64,000 nucleotides of DNA, from contig OZ249436.1 in NCBI GenBank assembly GCA_965235115.1, positions 12,464,001 through 12,528,000 on the forward strand, in the 5' to 3' direction. Source of the stretch: Laetmonice hystrix (lineage: Eukaryota). The notes below the pieces were generated by a model. That model did not search any database. It saw only the letters and a program-made list of their open reading frames with translations, and was not told the DNA's origin. The position numbers and the translations under genes are program-made. The stretch's first letter is position 1, and each line of letters opens with the position of its first letter. Of this stretch, positions 1-11,700 are shown one piece after another.

Positions 1-489
1 TGGCGACAGTAGTCTTGGTGGGATAGGATAGTCACAAACACACTCGCGCTCCCTCTGAATGGCCCTGTATTTTTTTTTCTTTCTGGGAGAGGGCCCCCAA
101 CCCCTCCCCCGCTCATGACTTCGCGCCTTCGGCGTTTGTATCAAATGTATACCTAGGGGACACGCCCTTTTCAAAATTCATGGATCCACCCGTGACTGCC
201 CCCCCCCCTGCGGCTCTGGCTCTGAGTCTGACTCAGAGTCAGAAACAGAAACGAGAAAGGCTATAAAATTTGTATACTACGACTACGTCCTTGTATTTAG
301 GGCTAGATCTATATAATTTATTCTTTGTTTCCATTGCCATTGGCTAGCCTGGATGTCAACTTGAATGGATTTGGCACCACACCAAAGAACCTCGATCGAG
401 GTTCGTTGACCACCAAACCAAGAATATTGGAATGGGTACATCCCAATATTCTTGACCAAACTCTCGGGTGGCACCACCACGTGCAGCTT

Positions 490-729
490 GTACCCGTGGC
501 GCCACCTGGAGTATTAAAACTACCACCGGAGGGCGCAGTAAGTACACGCCTCGTCGATGCGGGTAGGCAGGCGGATGCGGGTTTGCGAGATGCCTATGTC
601 ATTTAGTTCCTTGTTGTAGCTAAAACCTATGTTATATGAACTTGTTTAGTTCATTTGATATTTTTAGTTTCAACTTTAAGAATATTCGGGCTTTCCGTAG
701 GTCGGCCATCGGTATTTCTGAAGGTAAGT
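490..729 (+). promoter_or_regulatory. Probable promoter and first non-coding exon of the zinc-finger gene
   Basis: CpG-rich patch, CTCF-like CCACCGGAGGGCGC at 523-536 and a consensus donor AAG|GTAAGT at 723/724 that could pair with the acceptor at 5286. Confidence 0.4.
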
Positions 730-1046
730 TGAGTGGTAAAGAGGCATGAGGTCCTATTATCGCTCGGAATTGACGAGTAATGGCACGCCGTAATGGTGCT
801 GGCAGTGAGTGGTACTGATAGTGTGATAGGCTTGGCCACTGGCACTGGTACTGCTGTTGACGGATTCAGCACCGAGTCCTGTAGTTGGTACCATGCAGTT
901 TCATTTCTTGATATAGCGCATCATGCTGCGCACCCAGCAGTTTTGTTTCTATGGCAACTATATAATTATGATAGAGTAGGCCTATCTCAACTCAAGAGGC
1001 AAGTTAGTTCAGTTTCTAAACGGTGTCTTCCAGAACACCGTATTTG

Positions 1047-2166
1047 GGTAACACGACATGTCCGCCCGTCGCCATGTCCGCCCGGTCATGTCCGCCCCCC
1101 GGGATGTAGGCCCCTACCCCCGGTCATGTCCCCCTTCATGTCCGGCGCTCGCCGCTCCGCTCAAGAGGCACCCGGCAAGGGACACGTTACCTACGAGGTG
1201 GCTCTCATTTTGTTGGGCACTTAGCGATTACAATAGTTGATCTAGGGTTGTTGATACACTCCTCTAACTCAGTAGACTGTCCTAGTCACGTTGACGGCTT
1301 TTCCCGGGACCACGGGCGGCAGGGGGGCGGCTGACTGAGTGGAGTGTCTATCACAGAGCCTCGGAGGCAAGGCGGGCGGGAGGGCATTAGTACCGAGGGG
1401 CGGACATGACCGGGCAGACATGTCGTGCAGTGTTCTCCACAGGGTCGGGCCAAGGTCGGGCGGCCCGATGTAACGAGCACCGAAGGCGCGAGAGGCGAGC
1501 GCCGTTTGGTTGGGGGGGGGGGGTCTGGGGGTCATCCCCCAGAAAATTTTGAACTGTACTGTAGAAGCCCGGAGATGCGATTTCCCGGCATCTGGGAGAG
1601 AAAATGACTGCTCTCGGAAGGCACCCCAATCGCCTATTTTTAACTGACCAAGTTCAGAAAACCATGGTTATAATCCTGAGCCAGAACAGTATGCCACAAC
1701 GAAGAGCTAATTTTACTTAATTTTTATTACACTTTACGCCCAGGATGATTCCAAATGCCCCCAGCTCGATAGATCAGCGGTAGAACACAGTGGCCGACCC
1801 GGTCGTTGCTACGGCTACGCTGCTCACCAACCCTTACAGCATAGAATGGGCTGTCCCCAGTCACTGTGCTGTGGGCGATTCCACTTAACGTAGGGGGCCT
1901 GGGTTGGTCAGACGGCGAGTGTGACGGAGTTTGGCTGTGTCAAATCGTCATTTAAGTAATTTTAACTAGCTCTAAGACTAAGGCCCAGTAAGAGTATGAT
2001 TCATTGCTACTGGGATAAGCGAGTTTAGACGATTGGAATGGATTTTAAGGTCGGGCGGTCGGCCGCCAAGGTCGGGCGGTCGTGACCAAGGTCGGGCGGC
2101 CCGCTGCCAAGGTCGGGCCGCCCGCCCGATCTTGGAGCCTTGTGGAGAACACTGGTCGTGTATTCC
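1047..2166. mobile_element. MULE-like MITE, interrupted in its right TIR by a second element
   Basis: Left end GGTAACACGACATGTCCGCCC; right end GGCAGACATGTCGTG[insertion]TATTCC. Flanking direct repeat (CC)GTATTTG at 1038-1046 and 2165-2173 (7-9 bp). Superfamily inferred from TSD length only. Confidence 0.7.
1428..2154. mobile_element. hAT-like MITE with 6-bp TSD
   Basis: TIR CAGTGTTCTCCACA / TGTGGAGAACACTG, perfect GTCGTG duplication on both sides, subterminal AGGTCGGGC repeats. Confidence 0.85.
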
Positions 2167-2748
2167 GTATTTGTACGCGACGGTCAGAGTCTGTATGGAC
2201 TGGACTCTGACTTGTTGGAGTAGTCAAGTCAACACAGATGACGAACATGTTTGCAAAAAAAAAATCCGCACGGACAATTATTGTTGTCCGTCGGTATTTG
2301 ACATGCAGATGTTTAATAGAAATTTGCAGACAACAAACATCGGCCGGATATGCTGAGTTTTGGCCCCAATACGTGACCCAAATCGCTAATATTCAGTGTT
2401 TCAGGCCTGATATAGGAGAAAATCACAGATAAGTATAAAGCTGAGGATTCCTGCTTTCCACCGCCCTCAGCTTAGAATGGAAGTGTATTTTTCACTCAGA
2501 TTGCACCAAATTACATCCTTTTCCCAAAAATACCCCCTCCGCGGGAGGGGCAACCACTCCTGAATCCTCTCCCACCCGGCGCCATGACGCGTATCATATT
2601 TCTAGGCAATTTCAGGCTGTTACCCCCATGCTGACATTTTTTTCTAGCTAGAACCCTGACTGCTGATTGTGCATTAAGCACCAACTAATCACTAACTTAC
2701 TCTGTGTACTCTCAGCATGTTTTAGAGCCAACAGTGGTGTAAAAGTAA

Positions 2749-2898
2749 AGGCCGGTTTATAGTCCACTGGCCGACCATCGCTCGACGTCAAGTCAAAGTT
2801 CACGTAGACTTAACTCTCAGCGATCGGTCTGCCGATGGCCGGATCGCTGCAACTATAAACGTTCAGCAATGGTCGGCCAACGGACTATAAACTGGGCT
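2749..2898. mobile_element. PIF/Harbinger-like MITE
   Basis: Inverted ends AGGCCGGTTTATAGTCC / GGACTATAAACTGGGCT flanked by TAA on both sides; palindromic body. Confidence 0.75.
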
Positions 2899-3404
2899 TA
2901 AAACGTGAGTTTTAAACAATGATACATGATAGGACCTAGATACAACCCTGCTCGGATTGCATTTGCTGGTGTATATGAACTCAAGGGTCAGAGTTTGTAT
3001 GGATGTAAGGAGTAGAAGTGGAACTCTGACATGTTGGAGTAAACTATGAACTATAAATAATCTGTATATATTTACACTGTTATCTTTGTATAGAAATGAA
3101 TAAATAATGTAAAAATGTCTCAAAATAAGACTATCAGTTAAGGTGGTGCATATCTTATGGGGAGACCCCAAGATGCTACACCAAATTAAAGCTGATCTAC
3201 CTCTCAAATAGGGGAAAAAGTTAAACGACTATACATACAGACAGTGTTGACAAATTTCCTATACAAATGTATTTCCCCCAAACGCTTTCAACATCAAGCA
3301 GAAATGCTATCATAGGTATCAGAAATGAACAATAATCTGGACATAGCTCTTGCACATTAAGACGCTATTTGAACTGGGACTAGGAACGGACAGGGGAATT
3401 CCAT

Positions 3405-3850
3405 GGTGTCACGTGACGCCCACCTGCTTGTTGACAAATTCAGATGATGCCCTCCCGCCTGCCTAGTCCATGTGACGTCCCCATCTGTGCTGAGCGGATG
3501 GGTCCATGAACCACCTAGGAACGTTGGAGCTGATTGGCTGGCTCCGCCAGAGTGTCAGATTTTTTCTCATTGGCTGTCCTATATTTAGTACACGGCGGCG
3601 ACGTAGCGGTTGCCCCAGGCTCAGTGCTGATTCATGACATGCTGTGGACGGTGAGCAGGGATGTTGAGCATATTTACAGGGGTACCAGTTTTATTATTTG
3701 GACTCATTTCTATGCGTTAGCATGACGCCCCCACCTCACATGCAGCGGGTGTCAACCATCGATGTTGTATACTCGCGCGCGTAACTACGGGTGACCTAGA
3801 TCGGAAGTATAGCGAAAACGGTGTTTACGACGTCACAATCCGTTCTTGTG
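3405..3850 (+). promoter_or_regulatory. CpG-rich promoter/enhancer-like cluster upstream of the zinc-finger coding exon
   Basis: Palindromic E-box GTCACGTGAC (~3408), CRE-like TGACGTC (~3474), two reverse CCAAT boxes (ATTGG ~3533, ~3569), ETS-like CGGAAGT (~3802) and a possible donor ACG|GTGAGC at 3650. Confidence 0.4.
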
Positions 3851-3954
3851 AACCCGTTGCAATAAAAAAACTGTGTGACGGATGGTGGTACACAGGCCCA
3901 GTGTGAGCGCAGCCGCCCAGCATGAGCCTCGCTCTGGGTCTAGTAGAGGCTATC

Positions 3955-4254
3955 GCCCGCCTTGCCTCTGTGATAGACACTCGACTCAGTCAACCACCCA
4001 CCTTGCCGCCCGTGCGGGAAAAGCCGTCAACTTGACTAGGACAGTCCACTGAGTTAGAGGAGTGTACCAACAACTATTGTAATCGCTAAGTGCCCAACAA
4101 AATGAGAGCCACCTCGTAGGTAGGCCTAACGTGTCCCTTGCCGGGCGCCTCTCGAGCGGAGCAGCGAGAGCCGGACATGAAGGGTGACATGACCAGGGGT
4201 AGGGGCCTACAGCTGAGGGGCGGACATGGCAACGGGCGGACATGTCGTGTTACC
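3955..4254 (-). mobile_element. Truncated inverted copy of the 1047 MITE family
   Basis: Reverse complement aligns by eye with ~1047-1380 (near-identical spurious ORFs in the ORF track) and ends in the same terminus GACATGTCGTGTTACC. Confidence 0.85.
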
Positions 4255-5296
4255 TCTCAGCAAGCCCCGCATTGTTCCTGGGTCGCAACTTCAATGCCTC
4301 CCGTAAATGCTTCTGTCGCTCAAATGCATTGCCGATAAAAATTTTACGTTGAGCTCTACTGGCATCTCGTTCACGTTTCCTGCGTTTTTGAGCTGAAGCT
4401 GTCATAGAAGATGGGGGACGTCCTGTATGTGGCATGTTGCCGTTCAACCGTTGCAGCAAGGTGTTGCACACGAAAGTACAAATGTCTGTTTACTTTACAA
4501 CTGAGCACATGTTGGGGAATGCCGCTGTCTAGCCGCATGGAGCCTCACTTTCGTCTTTGGCGCAAGCATAACATGCTACCAATGTCAAAGTTGGGGTGTG
4601 AACAGGTCGACTTTCCGTGGTACGCGCACAAGTCGCGAGGCAAAAGAGTCCCAAGTTGCCACTCAAAAGTCTCCGTTATTATGAGTCATTCACCGGGTAT
4701 CTGTTACATAATGTTCGAATGATATAGTTCGGGTTGGACAGAACCAGTTTCAATGGTGCATTTATAGCCCTTTAAGGCCAACATTAAAATTTGTAATATG
4801 GCTAATTTAGAGATAACACCATCTTATTAAAATTCTGGAAAGTATGTCAATGACATTTTAGTTATGTATTTATGTCCAAGTGCTTAGTTGCGCAACATTA
4901 GGACAAGATAGAGGCTGTCCACTTGAATTAGGCAGGTATCAGCTTTGGAGTCCAGGAAGTGTGGGTTCACAGCTCCACACAAACAGAAAAAGCACATTTT
5001 AATTGTTCCTGGTACCCCAAAATACATCTTTAAAAATACATTCATATCCTATAAACTTAGTTAACCCTGCATAACAGTTTATTCATTAAAGTAACACTGT
5101 CTATCAGCATCTTTAGGATGCACAGTCAGACCTCATTAATCTGAACTTAATTAATCTGTATTCCTGTAGAAGCACATATTTTTGACATTTTCTCACAAAT
5201 ACCTCTTTCAGCATTGTATTTTCGTTTGGCTACTTATGTAATTAAACGTGTAGAAGTTGTAAATTTTCTGTTCTTGTCTGTTACAGGTATACAAAG

Positions 5297-7114
5297 ATGA
5301 ATTCAGACAGAGACAAGGGCCTAAAGGAGCGTGTGCGAGCAATCCTGTCTGAGTCTGTCTCCGTTCTGTGTCGCACCATGCTTCAGTTTGATGCTGAACT
5401 AAGCATTCGAGGACTGTTAGGTATTACCTTAGACAACAGAGAAGTCTTTCTTGTTGACATCTTAGAAACAGTTCATGGCCGCAACCATGATGTGTCAGAT
5501 GTAGCAGTGATAGACCCAGGGAGAGACGATTCAGAGGTCGACACCCTAGTTGTGGATGATTCTGACGCAGAAGATGGTAAGGGGGAACAACCTCGGGAAA
5601 AAAGGGCTAAACATGCTGCCCATCATGAAGGGTTACAGAAAGTTGAAGTAAACAGCCAGCAGAAAACTGGTGAACATGTACATCACACAGCTTTCTCTGT
5701 GAGGAACTCAGTTGGCATTAACCCAGGAGGCGTGGAAAAGGGCCTGACGCACCTTCAGCAGTTGGCGACAAGTTCTATAGTAAAAGCTGTTGAGAGTGGG
5801 GCTAGGCTTGCCAAAATTAATGATGTTTCTGTAGCTGGGGTGTCCACACATACAGCCATAGGAGCACAGACAATACATGAAGCACATGGGGAGAAGATTC
5901 ACGAATTACAGGCTAACACTGACCCAGACTCGAACTACAGACTTCGAGTGACAGAGAGGCCACATGTCATAACACACAAGGGAGACACCAAGGATGACCA
6001 GCATTCAACCAGCATGTACACGTTGTGTGCATGTGAAACTACGGGAAATGCAACGGACTGTGCAATAAGATTGAGTAACACAGCTGCAACCATGTGGCAC
6101 CAAGGCAGCAGTGGTGCAGGGACAGGCACGGGGGCTGGTGGGTCAAGCAGTGCCGAGCCAGCCCAACCTCGACCTCCAGAATATCGAGGTGGAATGGTGA
6201 CGGTCACCTCTCTAAGTCAGCCAAGTCCAGCACCCTCCTCTTTGGAAAATTGTAATCCGCCCAACATGACAAGTCCAGTGCTTGCAAGCCAGGATCCATA
6301 TCAGTTATGGAACAAGACGTGCCCATCCACAACCACATCAACATGGCAGCCTGCTCCTACAGTGGCCATTTCTTCATCTCAGACAACCACTTGGGCTGGG
6401 CCTGTTCGGTCAGAAAGTGAGACCACGCAGCATCACTCTCACCAGCCGCCACCACCAACCCACAACCCACCTCACACTGTCCCCTCCACAAGTGTCGACT
6501 CAATGGCAACACCACTTCAGAACCTGTACTCATCGCTGCCAGAGACGATAAGCAGTGCTATACTACATACCACCTACACACAGGGTAACACTCCAAAACA
6601 TTTGCGCGGTGAAGGTGTCTTCCCATGCAAACTCTGTAGTCGTGTGTTCACGTATAAAAAATCAAAAGCGCGGCACATGAAACGGCATCTTGGAGAGTTT
6701 TTTACCTGCGAGGTTTGTAAAAAAACATTTTGTCGAAAAGACGTCTTAATGCGTCACCAGCATAATGTTCATGGTGTGAAAATGGAAGGAGCTCAGGAGA
6801 TGAAGTCTCCACATCGTAATCCAGCTGGTGAGGAGTCTGCCATGTCACTTATGCCACAGTCTGGGGAAGTTTCTGTCAACTCGTATGCACAGGGCCCACA
6901 ACAGCCCTCCTTACCACCAAGAACCTTTGAGACACATGAATTCACAGCTCCAAGTCCGGCACACTTGACTGTTCCAAGGCCCCAGTTAGCTGTTGTGTCC
7001 TCCATTCCACAGTCTCTGCAACCGTTTCTTACTCTCAGTCATTCTGCCATGTCAGCTCACCCGGCGTCAGGACAGGCAGTTGGGGCATCCTTACCCCATG
7101 GTGCAAGCCCTTAA
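5297..7114 (+). CDS. C2H2 zinc-finger protein (605 aa; two fingers, unnamed N-terminal globular segment), single coding exon
   Basis: Long ORF with tandem fingers CKLC..HMKRH and CEVC..HQHNVH. A pyrimidine tract plus ttacag acceptor ends at 5286, 10 nt before the ATG, implying an upstream non-coding exon. Confidence 0.9.
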   Translation: MNSDRDKGLKERVRAILSESVSVLCRTMLQFDAELSIRGLLGITLDNREVFLVDILETVHGRNHDVSDVAVIDPGRDDSEVDTLVVDDSDAEDGKGEQPREKRAKHAAHHEGLQKVEVNSQQKTGEHVHHTAFSVRNSVGINPGGVEKGLTHLQQLATSSIVKAVESGARLAKINDVSVAGVSTHTAIGAQTIHEAHGEKIHELQANTDPDSNYRLRVTERPHVITHKGDTKDDQHSTSMYTLCACETTGNATDCAIRLSNTAATMWHQGSSGAGTGTGAGGSSSAEPAQPRPPEYRGGMVTVTSLSQPSPAPSSLENCNPPNMTSPVLASQDPYQLWNKTCPSTTTSTWQPAPTVAISSSQTTTWAGPVRSESETTQHHSHQPPPPTHNPPHTVPSTSVDSMATPLQNLYSSLPETISSAILHTTYTQGNTPKHLRGEGVFPCKLCSRVFTYKKSKARHMKRHLGEFFTCEVCKKTFCRKDVLMRHQHNVHGVKMEGAQEMKSPHRNPAGEESAMSLMPQSGEVSVNSYAQGPQQPSLPPRTFETHEFTAPSPAHLTVPRPQLAVVSSIPQSLQPFLTLSHSAMSAHPASGQAVGASLPHGASP

Positions 7115-8781
7115 AGAGTGCACCGAGTAAAATCGTTATGTACAAAAACACTGTAGATACCAATGTTTTCAATTTAAATACACTCTTTATTTAGGATTTA
7201 TGAAGGGAAATCTTTATCTCTGAATGTTGAATGGCCCATTATGTGACCAACTTAAATAATATACCAGGTCCATATATGAAGGGTCTGTACTTTGTGTTAA
7301 ATTAATAATATTGTGTTAATATAATGGTATAAATCAGTGAATGCAGACATATAGGGTATAAGTATCAGAATAATTAATACAGGTCTAATATTAATTTCAT
7401 CTTTATCCTTGTATAATTATATTTATATCATAATTGCATACAATATGCAAGTCTGTAAATAAACTAGATAGTTCTACAATCACATCCTGTCTTTTTCTCC
7501 CCAAATGATTTTTGTATACAAGCTCCTCATTGTTTAGTGCATTTCTATTAGCTAATAGACCTTGAAGGAATAAACAAAAACCGGACCCGTTAGAGTCACA
7601 ACCCCAAATTGGGTTGGAACTTATTATCTGGGGAAATAGAAACTCTACGTACTTTGTATTTTTGGGATACAGTCCATCTGAGAACACGTTTGATCCATGA
7701 TACACAAAAGAAACTGAAAGCAGCAGATGAAATTTTAATTCCTCAAAAAGTTATCTTTTATCCTTAAAATTTCAGGTTTGAATTATCAGTGAAAGTAAAG
7801 GGAAATAGTTAGAATTGGCCATCCCGTGCATTACCATTCGGACAGAACACCATTCGAAGGTGAGGCTAAAGGATTGCCATAAATACGAACACTGAATTTA
7901 TTGTGTGCATAGTAGATATAGGCTTAGGGGAATCGCCTACAAGCCTCGCCTCGCAGATAGCGTTCGGTTCAAACGGTAATGGGACAGCCAGTTCTATACT
8001 TTCACTCATCGTTAAAACATTAAATTTTAACATGGTGTTGCTGAGGTAAAGGCTAACTTTTTGAGGAATTTCATCCATCATTCATAATACTTGATAGGAT
8101 AGGTTATCTTAAACAGTTCAATAGATATGAACCATCTAAAAGGTTAACTCGGGTGACCTTTCAAAGTCAAACAATGTAAAGGGAGATCTAGTGCCAAATG
8201 AAACTCAATAGGACTTCCTTGCCATCATTCATAGTAACTACGTGCATGCATGTGGTTATCTTGAACAGTAAAGTTTCATGCAACTTGATCCATACACTTT
8301 TTAAAAATCGCTGTCTACGGACGGACGTACAGTGAAATGTAGAGGAAATCAATGTACAGTAGAAGCCTCCGCATTCATGGATTAAAAAAAGGCTTTTACG
8401 CACTCTGGTTTAGTATCTCCATACAAAAATGTACCAACTTGTTGCCAAATGCTGAGGGCAGTTCAGTGTAGCGATTGTATAGACTAAGAACCTACAATTT
8501 TTGTAACTTGGCTAGACACTTTTTTAAGCAGCTTTTTTATAGATTTTTCATACATGCCGTTGGACCCCCAACCTAATTACGTTTCGAGTATCTTGACACT
8601 CTTCACTCTGCCCCTGCATCTGACCTGTGTTACTGGGATAAATCAGTAGGTATCTTGGATGTAGATTCAGACCTTACTGGGGAATGAACAAATGAACAAA
8701 ACAAGGCTTTAAACATATGATACATTTTTAATCTACCCGATTAATTTTTTCTATAATAGTGTTACAAAATACAGTAAAATG

Positions 8782-11700
8782 TTACTCCAGCTGTACATCC
8801 ATTTCAAGGTCTAACTCGAGGTCCAGTTCATCGTCAGAGGCATTCATAGCAGCTTCTTGTTTTGAAACAATTTCCCCTTTTATTTCCCCTTCTTCGTCAT
8901 CTTTTACTTCTCCCTCTTCATCACCTTCAGCCTCAGCTGATTTGCCGTCTCCATCTTTGCGTACCTCACTGGCTAAATCCACATGTTGCCGCTCATCCTT
9001 GAACTTTCCCTCTCCTGTATTGACTGCCCCGCTCCAAATGTCCTGAGGTCGCTTCCAAGTTTTCTGTCTTTGCTGCATTCGTTGTGCTCTCAAAACTTTG
9101 CGTTCTCTGCAATAAAAAATTCGACCAAGGGTCCTGTAGCTTACCAGAAAACGGTATTAGTTAAAAAACTAAAAGGCACATATTACACATGTATTTGAGT
9201 TGTCAAGGGGCACAGCACATCCAGCGGGATACCCCTTGCACTCAGCATAGACTAAAACGGATATAATAATATTAATCGGACCTGACATAGAACTTTATAG
9301 ACTGTGCCATAACATAGAACGTTATAGACTGTGCCATAGTTAGGGCCGGGAATCCTGTCTCCCTCGCTAGGTGTCTATCGGTTGATGAGAGAGACTGACT
9401 GGTTCCCTGCCGAGAGGAGTAAGGCAGGGAACCAGCTTGCGGGAGAAAGGTTCCTGTGACGTCATTCACAAGTTCAGCCATGCACACGAACGATTATAGC
9501 CATTATAGCCCTGTAAACATCCGGCTGCGCACAACGTGAAAATAATTCTTTAATCAGGGTTCCCGCAGAGTCAAGCAGTTGGAAAACCTGTCGGGTAGGG
9601 ATCTCGACCATAAAAAGTCCCAATTTCACCATATAAGTCTTGAAATTAACAAAAGTCTGTGGCTTGGCCAGCTGAATTTATATTTGACTCAAAGTTCTAA
9701 AAAAGTCTGGAAATAGTCCTGATTTTTGTTTAATGCACTTGAAGACAAAGATATTTGCTATATGATAACCGATCAAGCTCATGGATGAAGAAAAAGGTAC
9801 AATACATGTATCTTAGAAAAAGACAAAATATACTTACTTCTGTTTCATTTTCTCAATCGCCTGTTCCTCTTTGAAGATCTCAATGACGTCACTTTTAGTG
9901 ATGTATTTATCATTTCGCAATAGGAAGAAAAATACCCCACCAGGAGTACGCCTTCTAGATCCATCCTGGAATGAAAGACTTGTATACTAAATGGTGGGAT
10001 ACTATACACTTAACGACGCCTTTTCTTTGGCTCTTTTTTCTTTTTCTATTTTGAATGTGATCAAACTTTTTCAACTACAGAAACTCAACATCTACATATT
10101 CCTCAAAGTGCATTTTAAATAGCAAACAGTGAAAGTGCAAGTATAACAGAATTGGCTCCCTGCAATATACAGGGTCTCCGCAGGGCCTTGAAAGCCTTGA
10201 AAAGCCTTGAATTTGGAAAAATAAATTCAAGGACTGGAATAGCCTTGAAAATGGTCAGATTGGTTTTGAGGGCCTTGAAACTCATCAAATAGGCCTTGAA
10301 AATCTTTAAATCGGCCTTGAAATTTTTCAAAAATCCTAAAATTTTCCCAGTTTGCACATTGAAAATCCAAAAATTTTCCCACTTGGCAGTGCCGTTATGA
10401 TGACAAGCAATGACATACCGTCTCCGAGGATGAAGTTAGCATATTAAATATAGCATTGACTAGTGTGCGACAGTCACTACTGGTCCCGATCCTGTCATTA
10501 GCGGCCTTAAAAATCGCCTTGAAAAGCCTTGAATTTGTCAAGATCAAACCCACGGAGACCCTGCTATACTTGGCTGATAACTATTTAAGTTCACGTAATG
10601 GGATAAGGGGTCCTTCATGGCACGAAAGTATGGAACTCGATACATATAATAAATGTAGGTATTTGGCTTATCAGCTTGGTCAAAATGTCACTGGAGCAAG
10701 TGTAAAATAGGCGATATCATACATTTATCATGAGCCCACCCGTTTCCTCGATTGACAGTGTCTCTGCCATTAAGCCAAGGGTCTTGCGGGCTCCAAGGAC
10801 ATCAAAAACCCTACCTACAATAAAAACAATACCATCATACATTTTAGGCAGGTAATGCCTGTAAGGCGAAAGGGAAACTATGTCAAGTACTTAACATCCT
10901 TGTTTAGAGTTGAGGAAAAATATCCAAAGCATTAAAGTGAAAAATACCTGAATACCTAAACAGTCAATTCTTTACGGAGGCCGTTAACATACACTAAATC
11001 AATACTGAGTGAAAGTGTAACACTGATTGATAATGTAATACTTTTTTACCCATGCCATTATACTTACTCATAAGGGCCACTTTGGGTTCTTGCAAATTTT
11101 CAACTAATGTTGCCACAATCTTCTCTTTGGAATCCTCTTCAGAAACCTGTGTATATCTTGGAATTTCTTCACCAAAGGTTCTCTTCTCTTTGCCCTGGTT
11201 ATTTTTGCTGCCTTTCCTTTTCTTCTTTTCATCTACTCTTTTCCGCTTCAACTTATACCTTTTTAATTCTTCTGTAAAGTCTACTGGTTCTGGTTGTTTA
11301 TGTTGAAACCTTCTGAAAGGAAGGCTTCTAACATTGTCTTCTTCACTGGAGTCATCACTATCTTTCTTCTTACCTAAACGGTCTTTAATCGAGGGTTTAC
11401 ACTTTGATTCAATCTTTCCGAACGTTTCTATGTCAAAGAGAGCTTCTTGGCCCTTTGCTTCCTTTTCATCATCCTCAACTGCTTCCATCTCCATTTCTGT
11501 TTTTTCTTTTCCTTCACCAGCAGATTCATCTTCACTTGATTGTTGTTTAAGTTTTTTCACTTTTTTATAGTCGTATGATTCAACATCACGCCAATCATTC
11601 TTTAAATCATTTGCTTCCACCCCAAACAATCCTAAATCTCTGGAAATCTCCTGTTCTGTTAAAACTGCTCCCCAAAGGTTGGTTTTCTTTTTTCGGGCAC

